In this document: in pieces, positions 29,724-38,087 of the stretch
Layout: every line of letters starts with the position of its first letter
Position numbering within the stretch: the first letter of the stretch is position 1
From: an uncultured virus (IMG/VR IMGVR_UViG_3300046724_000456)
Taxonomy: Duplodnaviria; Heunggongvirae; Uroviricota; Caudoviricetes
IMG/VR virus record: IMGVR_UViG_3300046724_000456
Length of the DNA: 64,000 bases
Strand: one strand, 5' to 3'
Translations under genes and position numbers: made by a program
The notes under the pieces: generated by a model
The model's input: the letters and a program-made list of their open reading frames with translations, nothing else
The model's database searches: none
Told to the model about the DNA's origin: nothing

Positions 29724-30305
29724 ATGCGACGCGGAGCTCTGCTCCTATTTACTACCGCTGCCTTGTTCGCGGCGGTTACACCGGCCGGATCTGTAGTCAT
29801 CCAACCGGGGTCGATTGACGCCTGTCCAGTGAAGTTCACAGGTGGGCAGTTCGCGCAGGTGGCGAAGCAAGCATGGAACACGCGAAAGTGGAGGGACCAC
29901 ACTCCGGTGGGTCCAGACCTCCGAAAAAAAAGCCGCATAATGCGATATTGCGCCGCAAGTCGACGTGCGGCACGCCGGATGGCCGAGATCTGGTCTTCCC
30001 ACAAGCAGCAGTTCAAGCTCTGGCGCAGGTATCGCCGTGCCGACCCCGAAGAAGGATTCATCGGCGAGGGGAAGTGGCTGCGATGGCTACCCGTCCCGCG
30101 CTACATCGTCGAATGCGAGACCCGTGGCTACTGGGGCGAAGGGAGGTGGCTGGCTATCAACCCGAGCGGCGCGAACGGGCCGGCGCAGCTCTTAGGTCAT
30201 GAACAGCCCTACCCGGCCGACACGCCGGCGGAGAAGGTCGAGTACTGGGAAATCGCCAGAGGCCTGTACCTGGCGGAAGGGAGCGCTCCCTGGGAATGCG
30301 CCTGA
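29724..30305 (+). CDS. Secreted Rpf-like lytic transglycosylase
   Basis: Signal peptide MRRGALLLFTTAALFAA; C-terminal YIVECETRG...W.AINPSGANGPAQL...EIARGLY..EGSAPWEC matches the Rpf/lysozyme-like pattern (Cys-Glu catalytic site, terminal W-x-C). Confidence 0.7.
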   Translation: MRRGALLLFTTAALFAAVTPAGSVVIQPGSIDACPVKFTGGQFAQVAKQAWNTRKWRDHTPVGPDLRKKSRIMRYCAASRRAARRMAEIWSSHKQQFKLWRRYRRADPEEGFIGEGKWLRWLPVPRYIVECETRGYWGEGRWLAINPSGANGPAQLLGHEQPYPADTPAEKVEYWEIARGLYLAEGSAPWECA

Positions 30306-30354
30306 TAGGCTTCTGGTCTCTGGGTTCCTGACTGGTGGACCCTGGGGCATCACA

Positions 30355-30387
30355 GCAAAAGGGGGGCCATTCGGCCCCCCTTTTTGC
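30355..30387. terminator. Bidirectional intrinsic terminator
   Basis: GCAAAA-GGGGGGCC-attc-GGCCCCCC-TTTTTGC between convergent genes. Confidence 0.9.
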
Positions 30388-30406
30388 AGCTCTGAGGTCG
30401 GCCGAT

Positions 30407-30664
30407 CTACTCGGTCGGGGCCTCTCCGCCGCCGCCACCCTCGGCCGGGGACTCCGGCGCGGGCTCCGCGGGCTGCTCCGGCTCGGCCGGGGTCTCCGGC
30501 TCCGCTGGGGCAGGCTCGGCCGGACTCTCCGGCTCTGCGGGTGCGGACTCGGCCGGGGACTCCGGCGCGGGCTCCGCAGGCGACTCGGCGGGAGCGGGAG
30601 CGTCGGGAGCCGGGGTCTCCGGCGTCTCGGGCTGCTCCGGGGCCTGACTGTCGCTGGCCTCCAT
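30407..30664 (-). CDS. Small acidic Pro/Glu/Ala repeat protein
   Basis: AAGGAG RBS then MEASDSQAPEQPETPE...(PAEPAPES)n; ends at the bidirectional terminator. Confidence 0.6.
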   Translation of the reverse strand: MEASDSQAPEQPETPETPAPDAPAPAESPAEPAPESPAESAPAEPESPAEPAPAEPETPAEPEQPAEPAPESPAEGGGGGEAPTE

Positions 30665-30774
30665 AATGCGCTCCTTCGGTCGAATTGACGATGCCGGGCG
30701 ACCATATCGACTTGTGCGGCGTCCTGCTACCGCGATAGGTTGCTCTCCCCACAAACAGGAGGACTTTACGGCGA

Positions 30775-31848
30775 ATGACACGGCAACGGCAGCAGCGGCG
30801 AGAGGGCAAGGAGGGCAATCGGTGGGTGAATAAACCCCCGACGGCGGAGGAGTTGGTCCAATGGTTCAAGGACAACGTTGAGATCGACGACAGTCTTGAC
30901 CCCGCCGATTATGTGGGTGGAGTCACTCTGATCGCCAGCAAGGAGAAGTCGGCCGAAGTCGTCGGCTGGGACGAGAGCAACTCGCCGATGATCGAGGACG
31001 TGTGGGACCTCGTCTACACCCCCTACATCAAGGTCGAGACCCGGGTCAAATACTTCCACGACCTGATGGAGGCCAACGAGGGCTGGCTCGGGATCATCGA
31101 GCCCGCAGCCCCCAAGGAGCAGGACGATCGCCTCCCTGCGGGCTTCTTCATCATGTCGACCAAGACGGGCGAGGCCACCGAGGTGCGCTTCATCTGCAAG
31201 TCGATGAAGGTGACCGTCTACCGCAAGGACACGGTTGCGGTCGAGTCGGTTCTGGTCAACAGCAATGACGGAATTTACGAGTGGCGTCGCAAGGGAACGG
31301 TCGTCATGGATCCGCCGGCGGCGACCAAGAACGTGCCCATGCTCAACAGCTACGGCAAGGCCGACACCAACGCGATGATGAAAGCCGAGACCGGTGCCGT
31401 GGGTCGCGCGCTGGGAATGGCCGGGATGCTCGTGATCCCCGGAACCGGACTGGCGACGGCCGAGGACATGCAGGAGGCAGCGTCGATTCGCGAGGACGCT
31501 GGCGATCCGTCATCAGCGATCCTGCCCGAGGACGTGGTTCCCGGTGGCGAGCCCGAGAAAGCCGCCCTGGACGCGGACGATGCTCTTCGCAAAATCGTGG
31601 TCGAGTGCTTGAAGCGGATGGAGGTGCATCCTCCGACTCGCGAGGAGTTCAACACCTGGGCCAAAGGCCGAGGCTTCGAGAGGCTGAGCGCGGTGACGTC
31701 GCCGGCGCTGCGCGGAATGGCCAAACGCGCCGAGAACATGGCCGATCAGGCCGAGGTGAGAGCGGCCGAAGTGGCGGCACACAGCGAGGGGGAGCCCGAG
31801 GAGAGTTCCGAGCCCGAGCCGACCCCGGAGCCGACGACCGACGAGTAG
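30775..31848 (+). CDS. Single-strand annealing protein (Rad52/Sak-like)
   Basis: YIKVETRVKYF...MKAETGAVGRALGMAG...ATAEDM motif; upstream of an exonuclease. Confidence 0.68.
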   Translation: MTRQRQQRREGKEGNRWVNKPPTAEELVQWFKDNVEIDDSLDPADYVGGVTLIASKEKSAEVVGWDESNSPMIEDVWDLVYTPYIKVETRVKYFHDLMEANEGWLGIIEPAAPKEQDDRLPAGFFIMSTKTGEATEVRFICKSMKVTVYRKDTVAVESVLVNSNDGIYEWRRKGTVVMDPPAATKNVPMLNSYGKADTNAMMKAETGAVGRALGMAGMLVIPGTGLATAEDMQEAASIREDAGDPSSAILPEDVVPGGEPEKAALDADDALRKIVVECLKRMEVHPPTREEFNTWAKGRGFERLSAVTSPALRGMAKRAENMADQAEVRAAEVAAHSEGEPEESSEPEPTPEPTTDE

Positions 31849-31861
31849 AAAGGAGGCGACC

Positions 31862-32002
31862 ATGGCGGACGAAAATATGATGGACGAAGTGTGTCCGACC
31901 TGCAATGGGTCAGGGACGGACCCGAAGGCACCGGCTGGCTCGATGGAGTCAAACCCCTGCCCGACCTGTCAGGGCTCGGGAACCAAACCGAGCGGCTACT
32001 GA
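31862..32002 (+). CDS. 46-aa DnaJ-type zinc-finger microprotein (absent from the ORF track)
   Basis: AAGGAGG RBS; MADENMMDEVCPTCNGSG...CPTCQGSGTKPSGY contains two CxxCxGxG motifs. Confidence 0.75.
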   Translation: MADENMMDEVCPTCNGSGTDPKAPAGSMESNPCPTCQGSGTKPSGY

Positions 32003-32091
32003 AGAGGTGCGGCCCGGCCCGGGGCAGGGGAGCCGGGACCGGGCCGCGGGTCGATCGACCGGGCGCAACCTAACACTATTCGGGGGACGTA

Positions 32092-33243
32092 ATGAAGCTT
32101 CCAGGCAACGCTGTAGGAATTAGCGACGTTATTCAGTTCCGAGATTGCCCCCAGCGCTTCGAGTTCGACATGCGCAGATGGACCGAGGAGGGCGAAGCGC
32201 CGGAGGCGACCAACCCCAACAACGTCTACGGATCTGCGATTCACCATGCGATCGCCGCGAGCGAGGAGGGCGCAAGCGACGGCGAAGCGGTGCAGTCAGC
32301 GATGGACGAGTACGGAAGCTGGCTGGATCCCGAAGACCTTGAGCTTCTGATCGACGACCTGGGCACCTACCACCTCCGCGACTACGCTGGCGTCAAGACC
32401 GTGGCCTCCGAGGAAAACATCAAGGTGCCGCTCTTCGAATGGGAGGGCGAGACGATCTACTACCGCTTCACGCTCGATCGCCTCTACGTTCGACTCGACA
32501 ATCAGACCTCCTTCGTGCACATCGACTACAAGTCATCGAAGCACAAGAAAAGCGAGGCAGAGGTTCACAAAGACGTTCAGCTCTGGAGCTACAACTTCGC
32601 GATCTTCGAACACTGGCCGGAGGTCGAGTCGCTGGTGCAGATCTACGATCAGCTCCGTTTCGGCAGTGTCCCCACTCGCAAGAATGCCGCACAGCGCGAG
32701 CAAATCCGCAAGTGGCTGGTCGAACAGATCACCACGATCCTCAAGCGCGACGAGATCAAACCACGCTTCAACCGGTGGTGCCCTTGGTGTCCACTGCTGG
32801 AGTCGTGTCCCGAGCCCAGAAAGACAGCGGAGTTTGCGCGCGCTAGGATCGAGGCACTCGCCCCAGGAGGCGTCGACACCGCTAGTCTCATCGCGGAACC
32901 GGGACTCGTCGACACCTACGCGGAAGAGCTGCAGGAGGTCGAGACCACCAGGAAGTGTCTGGAGCGGTTCGAGAAATCTGTGAAAGGTGTCATACGTGAG
33001 TTGCCATCGGAGAAGAGACGCGAGCTGGGGTTCGAACTTTCACCAAGCTCGCGAGATGTGTGGACACCGGCCGCTCTACGCGCCGTCCACGAAGCGATCG
33101 GCGACGACTTCTATCTACTTATCAAGATGACCAAGACGAAGATCAACGAGTTCTACGCAAAAGACGCCAACGCGGTGTCGCGAGTGCTCGACCTGGCTGA
33201 AAAGGAGGCATCGTCAGAGCGCTTAAACAGACTTCACTTTTGA
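32092..33243 (+). CDS. Cas4/RecB-like PD-(D/E)XK exonuclease
   Basis: CPQRF...GSAIH...TLDRL...IDYKS...QLWSY...CPWCPLLESCP (1+3 Cys Fe-S pattern). Confidence 0.85.
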   Translation: MKLPGNAVGISDVIQFRDCPQRFEFDMRRWTEEGEAPEATNPNNVYGSAIHHAIAASEEGASDGEAVQSAMDEYGSWLDPEDLELLIDDLGTYHLRDYAGVKTVASEENIKVPLFEWEGETIYYRFTLDRLYVRLDNQTSFVHIDYKSSKHKKSEAEVHKDVQLWSYNFAIFEHWPEVESLVQIYDQLRFGSVPTRKNAAQREQIRKWLVEQITTILKRDEIKPRFNRWCPWCPLLESCPEPRKTAEFARARIEALAPGGVDTASLIAEPGLVDTYAEELQEVETTRKCLERFEKSVKGVIRELPSEKRRELGFELSPSSRDVWTPAALRAVHEAIGDDFYLLIKMTKTKINEFYAKDANAVSRVLDLAEKEASSERLNRLHF

Positions 33244-33364
33244 CATAGCGAAGGCCCCCCGACGACTTTGGCTAGTAGCTGGGGGACCTTCACCGGACGC
33301 TAAGGGCTTGTGCTGCGTCTCCCGTCACATGAGGCACGTCGGGTGACCAGACAGACCTAGCGTC

Positions 33365-34270
33365 GTGAAGCATAGCGAGACGATCGGACAAATGCAACAC
33401 GACCAGAGTGACGATCCGCCGGCGGAAGTCGTAACCGGCTACATCAAGACCGAGATTTACAGCGCCGACGGCGCAATTCTCGGCACCCTGGCCGGATTTG
33501 TCGAGCTCGGCGGCGCTGTGGGGGGTGTAAAGGGGGGTAGTTGTTTTGCTGTTGAGAGAAACAGCCCTTCAACTCCAGAAGGAAGTTTTGAAGAGGGGTC
33601 TGGGGAGAAACTTTTGGTTGAGGACATCGAAAAGTTTTCGAAGGATGAGATCGCCGGCCGCTTGAGGCAGCGCGGGATCACGCCAGACGTCTCAGCCGGG
33701 AAGGACAGCTTGGTCGACCAGTTGGCTGTCGCCCTACGTGCTGGTCGTTCAAGGCTCGGCGCGCAGGTGGACGCCGTGTGGTCGGCGTATGTCGCGGCCA
33801 TGAAGCCCAGGCGAACTGCAGCAGGTGAGGCTGAGAGGCGGATCATCCGGGCGGCGTTGAAGGAAGCCACCGTCGATGAGTGTGTTACCTGCATCAAGGC
33901 ATGTGCCGCATCGGACTACCACATGAAACGTGGCGAGCATGCAAAACGCAAGGGCGGGAAATATAACTCACTCGGGAAGATCCTCAAGCCGCGACCCCGG
34001 AACGGGGAGACGCAACGCTCTCGGATTGATTGGTGGCTGGACAAGGAGATTTCTACCGGCGTTGCGGGTTTTCCATCCGCCGACCCTGCAATCGTGCGCC
34101 AGCATCAGCTAGAAGTACAGCGCGGTCACGGATCGGACGACACCGATGCCGTGAGGAAGGCAAAGGATGCCGAGGCTTGGCTTGCGAAACACGGAATCGA
34201 AACCACTAGACGCGAGAGCGACGGCTACCCGATCTTCAAACGGGTCGACGCTCACGGCGGGGGCGAATGA
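33365..34270 (+). CDS. Putative replication initiator/helicase loader
   Basis: Directly upstream of and overlapping dnaB; internal AT-richer segment; start uncertain. Confidence 0.5.
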   Translation: MKHSETIGQMQHDQSDDPPAEVVTGYIKTEIYSADGAILGTLAGFVELGGAVGGVKGGSCFAVERNSPSTPEGSFEEGSGEKLLVEDIEKFSKDEIAGRLRQRGITPDVSAGKDSLVDQLAVALRAGRSRLGAQVDAVWSAYVAAMKPRRTAAGEAERRIIRAALKEATVDECVTCIKACAASDYHMKRGEHAKRKGGKYNSLGKILKPRPRNGETQRSRIDWWLDKEISTGVAGFPSADPAIVRQHQLEVQRGHGSDDTDAVRKAKDAEAWLAKHGIETTRRESDGYPIFKRVDAHGGGE

Positions 34271-35628
34271 AAGCGCCACACTCTCTGGATGCAGAGCGCA
34301 GCGTCCTTGCGACGATGCTCAGGCAGGGCGAGAAAGTCGCCGCAGATGTGATCGGAACGCTCCTGGAGGGGCAGCATTTCTACGCGCCCCCGCATCGTTT
34401 GATCTTCGAAGCGTTATACGAGAACTACTACGGGGATATGCCGCTCGACGCGCTGACGATCGGCACCCGCTGCTCGAAAAATCTCTCCAAGCTGTGGTCG
34501 ACGTCCGAGGAGGTGGCGATCGAACGGGTCAACGACCTGGCGGCGTCGCGGTTCCCCGGCAAGGTCATCGACCACGCCAAGCTGATCAAGGAGCACTCGG
34601 ATCTGCGCGGCCTGCTCGGGCTCTGCAAGACGATCGAAGGGGAGATCGAAGCCCAGGAGCGGGGCGCGGAGGAGATCGCCGGCCTGGTCTCCCAGCAGGC
34701 GATGCAGATCGCCACGGACTCGCTGCTGACCGCGGAGATCATGGATTTCGAAAGCCTCGGCCGCAATGCCTACGAACAGATGGTCAAGGCCAAGAAAGCG
34801 ACCGAGATGGGGATCGAGCTCGGTGTCAAGTTCGGGATGCCGTTCATCGACAACTACACGCGAGGCCTGCGCGCGACGGAGCTGATGCTCGGAGCCGGCG
34901 AGCCCGGTGTCGGCAAGAGCGCTGTCTATTGGAAGGCGGCGCTGCGTTTCGCCCAGAAGCAGATGGTCAAGACGGAGGACAAACGGATCGGCACGTTGGT
35001 GCTCAGCCTGGAGATGGGGGAAGAACCGACCAACGTCAGGCTGGCCCAGACGCTCACTCACATCGACGGCGGCAAGCTCCGCGAGGGCACGATGTCCGAT
35101 GCCGAGATCAACAAGATCCTCTACGAGTGGGGTCGGCGCAAAGGGATCCCGCTCTACTTCAACTTCGCCTCCAGCGCCCGCGCCTCGCAGCTTCGGGCGC
35201 TAGTCGTCGAGGGCATCCGCCGCTACAACGTCGGCCTCGTGGTCATCGACCACTTCCGGCACTTCAACATGGATCGCCGCTACGACAACCAGATCATCGA
35301 AGACGAGGACAAGGTCAAATTCCTCAAGGAGGCGATCGCCAAGGACCTGAACACCGCGGTGATCTGCGTCTGTCACACCACCAAGGGAATCGCCGAAGCC
35401 CGCAACCAGCGGCCAAACCTTACCCATCTGCGAGGCAGCTATCAGGTCGCAGCCGCGGCAGACTTCGTCAGTTTTATCCACCAACCGTACATGTACGCAA
35501 CCGACGAGGCTCGCGAGTCGGGAGAGGTGACTGAGTCCCAGATGGAGATGATCTGGGAGAAGAACAGGCATGGCTATAAAGGCATCGCGCAGTTCCATAT
35601 GAACGCAGCGCGCATGGACATTAAATAG
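34267..35628 (+). CDS. dnaB: Replicative DNA helicase
   Basis: [48 protein letters not shown]...AADFV, KNRHG. Confidence 0.95.
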   Translation: MKAPHSLDAERSVLATMLRQGEKVAADVIGTLLEGQHFYAPPHRLIFEALYENYYGDMPLDALTIGTRCSKNLSKLWSTSEEVAIERVNDLAASRFPGKVIDHAKLIKEHSDLRGLLGLCKTIEGEIEAQERGAEEIAGLVSQQAMQIATDSLLTAEIMDFESLGRNAYEQMVKAKKATEMGIELGVKFGMPFIDNYTRGLRATELMLGAGEPGVGKSAVYWKAALRFAQKQMVKTEDKRIGTLVLSLEMGEEPTNVRLAQTLTHIDGGKLREGTMSDAEINKILYEWGRRKGIPLYFNFASSARASQLRALVVEGIRRYNVGLVVIDHFRHFNMDRRYDNQIIEDEDKVKFLKEAIAKDLNTAVICVCHTTKGIAEARNQRPNLTHLRGSYQVAAAADFVSFIHQPYMYATDEARESGEVTESQMEMIWEKNRHGYKGIAQFHMNAARMDIK

Positions 35629-35638
35629 GAGGCTCAAA

Positions 35639-36400
35639 GTGCAGGACGACGTAGAGTTCGGAGGTACAGAGGACGTATTCGCAGACATCGAGACCGATCC
35701 ATTGGCCGATGCTGACGAGCAGCTTCCTGAGGTGGGTGAGGCAGAGCTTGGTGGTGAAAACCCCAGCGAGCAGATCCCAGAGTCAGACTTCTTGACCGAA
35801 CCCGAGGAGCCGGACGATCTGCCTGAGCCCGCGGCCGAGGAGCCCGAGGCCACCCCGGAGCCGGATCCAACGCCGGAGCCCGAGCCGACTCCCGAGCCCG
35901 AGCCGACGCCCGAGCCGACACCGGAGCCCGAGCCGACACCGGAGCCCGAGCCGACGCCCGAGCCTGCTCCTGAGCCGCCTGCGCCGGAGCCTGCGCCGGA
36001 GCCCACACCGACACCGGAGCCCGAAGTACCGAAACCGGAGCCCGAGCCGATCGCGGCCGAGGCGAAACCGGAGCCGGCGGCGGACCCACCCAAGCCCGAG
36101 CCGGAGAAGCCGAAGAAACCGAAAAAAGCGAAAGGCAAAGCCAAGGCCAAAGCGAAAAAGGCCGGCCGCGCGGCAACCCGTGGCTACATCGTTCTGTACC
36201 AGGACGAGAAGGGCTGGCAGGTGGGTGCCGAAGTGGAGGCCCGCAGTGTGGAACGCGCGCTCAAGGATGCCTTCCCGCTGATGAAGGAGAAGTCAGGGCT
36301 GGAGAAGTTCGAGGCCGCGGTGGCGGTGCCAGTGAGCAACTGGAACCCGGAGCCGCTCAGTGCCAAGAGCGAAGTCCGAGACGTTGTAGAGATTGGCTGA
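35639..36400 (+). CDS. Protein with (PEPEPT)n repeat, Lys-rich linker and small C-terminal domain
   Basis: AGGAGG RBS; acidic N-terminus, Pro-Glu-Thr repeats, [16 protein letters not shown]. Confidence 0.75.
   Translation: MQDDVEFGGTEDVFADIETDPLADADEQLPEVGEAELGGENPSEQIPESDFLTEPEEPDDLPEPAAEEPEATPEPDPTPEPEPTPEPEPTPEPTPEPEPTPEPEPTPEPAPEPPAPEPAPEPTPTPEPEVPKPEPEPIAAEAKPEPAADPPKPEPEKPKKPKKAKGKAKAKAKKAGRAATRGYIVLYQDEKGWQVGAEVEARSVERALKDAFPLMKEKSGLEKFEAAVAVPVSNWNPEPLSAKSEVRDVVEIG
35850..36050 (+). repeat. Imperfect 18-bp tandem repeat (CCGGAGCCCGAGCCGACR)
   Basis: Directly visible; encodes PEPEPT. Confidence 0.9.
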
Positions 36401-36557
36401 TCTCGGCAAATGCGAGTGGTGCTCGCTGCCCGCGAGGCTTGAGATCCCGATCATGAAACGGATCAAGGGCACCAAGGGCATGGCCAATTCTGGCCTGAAG
36501 GTGCGGTGTTGTTATGGCCACGAAGGAATAGCGAAAAGGATGGCAAGACATGAGTAA
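36393..36557 (+). CDS. 54-aa Cys/His microprotein (absent from the ORF track)
   Basis: TTG start; [12 protein letters not shown]...VRCCYGH; fills the gap and overlaps both neighbours. Confidence 0.5.
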   Translation: MADLGKCEWCSLPARLEIPIMKRIKGTKGMANSGLKVRCCYGHEGIAKRMARHE

Positions 36558-36963
36558 CAGCGTCAAGAGGAAGCTCACCGTCACCGGGCAAAAGGAGCTT
36601 GCCACCTTCAAAAACGACAAAGACGAAGACACGACGATCTATGAGATCAAGGCGGTCACCGAGGCCGGTGAGCCAGTCACCGTCAAGCTTCGCACCTTCC
36701 AGGCGGATCTTCCCCAGCGGGAGCTGATCGAGTTCGAAGTCACTCCCTACGATCACCCTGAGCACGGCCGCTCTTACACCATCAAGATCCCCGGTAAAGG
36801 TAGAGCCTCCAAGAAAGACATCGCCGAGCTGAAGCAGCAGCTCAACGATATCGCCGGTCGCGTGTCGGCGCTGGAGGGCGAGGTCGCCAAACTCAAACCG
36901 AAGACTGACGCCGAGAAGGCACGGGACGAGAAATTCGGAGCCGACGACGACGTACCGTTCTAG
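36550..36963 (+). CDS. Single-stranded DNA-binding protein (putative)
   Basis: Beta-rich N-terminus and acidic DDDVPF C-terminal tip typical of SSBs. Confidence 0.6.
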   Translation: MSNSVKRKLTVTGQKELATFKNDKDEDTTIYEIKAVTEAGEPVTVKLRTFQADLPQRELIEFEVTPYDHPEHGRSYTIKIPGKGRASKKDIAELKQQLNDIAGRVSALEGEVAKLKPKTDAEKARDEKFGADDDVPF

Positions 36964-36970
36964 GAGGACG

Positions 36971-37294
36971 ATGGAAGCAAGAGCAAGAACCAGCGATCCC
37001 GACACATCCCACGCAGCGGCGAAGAGCGTCAAGAAAATGACGCTCGTTCAGAGCCGGGTCTGGGCCATGTTCGGCCGAGTCAGTTCGATGACCGACGTCG
37101 CCATGATCGACATGTGGGGGAAGGAACGCCGACGGTTTCCCGACTCCTATCCACAGGTTTCGGACTCAGGCCTGCGCACTCGTCGTCGCGAACTCGTCGA
37201 CCAGGGCTATCTCAAGGACTCCGGGCTCCGACAAACACTTCCGTCGGGGCGCAAGGCAATTCTCTGGCAGAGGACCGCGAGAACTAGCTGGTGA
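36971..37294 (+). CDS. Winged-HTH DNA-binding protein
   Basis: ARARTSDPDTSHAAA...RTRRRELVDQGYLKDSG...SGRKAILW, a common phage family. Confidence 0.75.
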   Translation: MEARARTSDPDTSHAAAKSVKKMTLVQSRVWAMFGRVSSMTDVAMIDMWGKERRRFPDSYPQVSDSGLRTRRRELVDQGYLKDSGLRQTLPSGRKAILWQRTARTSW

Positions 37295-38079
37295 AACCGC
37301 TGGTCATCATCCCGATGTACCTCACCGAGGACTCCGACGTCGAGACCACGATGGAAGCCGTGCGCAGTGTGCGTAAGACGGTCAGCGATAGCGTCGAGAT
37401 CCTGCTGGTCGATGACTGTTCACCGGAGCAAGGGTTGGTCGACGGCATCGAGCCTGGTTTGGCAAGGATGGACGCAGAGCTTCACCGCAAGGAGGAGAAC
37501 TCCGGCTTCTCCAAGACCGTCAACATCGGCTTGCAGCGAGCGCGCGATCAAGGTCGGGACGCCGTTCTGCTCAATGCCGATGTTGAGATCACGACGCCCG
37601 GCTGGGTGAAGATCATGCAGAAGACAGCCGATGCGAAGCGCCGGCCGGCGGCTGTCGTCGGTTCGTTGTTGCTCTACCCGACTGGCCTTATCCAACACGC
37701 GGGGATCTACTTCTCCCTGCTAACACGCACATTCGATCACATGTACAAGTTCGGGCCGGCCAACTTGCCGGAGGCGCTGATCCAACAGAGCCGACCGGTG
37801 ACCGGAGCCTTCCAGTACATCCGTCACGAGGCGCTGATGAAGGTAGGGCTCTACGACGAGGGCTTCCACATGGCCCACGAGGACGTCGACTACTGCATTC
37901 GAACCTACCTCGCGGACCTGGAATGCGTTTATCAGCCGAGAGTGCGAGCCTTCCACTACGAGATGATGTTCCGAGGCAAGCCTTCTCCCAAACTGCAGCA
38001 ATGGCAGGAACAGTCATGGATATATTTTGCTAACAAGTACGCGGACCAGAATTTCGCAGGGTTCGTTCCATTCATCTGA
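37291..38079 (+). CDS. Glycosyltransferase family 2
   Basis: VIIPMY, LLVDDCS, NSGFSKTVNIG, LLNADV, GLYDEGF..HEDVDYC. Confidence 0.92.
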   Translation: MKPLVIIPMYLTEDSDVETTMEAVRSVRKTVSDSVEILLVDDCSPEQGLVDGIEPGLARMDAELHRKEENSGFSKTVNIGLQRARDQGRDAVLLNADVEITTPGWVKIMQKTADAKRRPAAVVGSLLLYPTGLIQHAGIYFSLLTRTFDHMYKFGPANLPEALIQQSRPVTGAFQYIRHEALMKVGLYDEGFHMAHEDVDYCIRTYLADLECVYQPRVRAFHYEMMFRGKPSPKLQQWQEQSWIYFANKYADQNFAGFVPFI

Positions 38080-38087
38080 GGAGACCA

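Noticed and set aside
32092..33243. CRISPR-Cas locus suggested by the Cas4-like nuclease
   Set aside because: No repeat-spacer array or other cas genes; the gene pairs with an SSAP, as expected for a phage recombination exonuclease.
35850..36050. Tandem repeats as a CRISPR array or iterons
   Set aside because: In-frame coding repeats (PEPEPT) without unique spacers.
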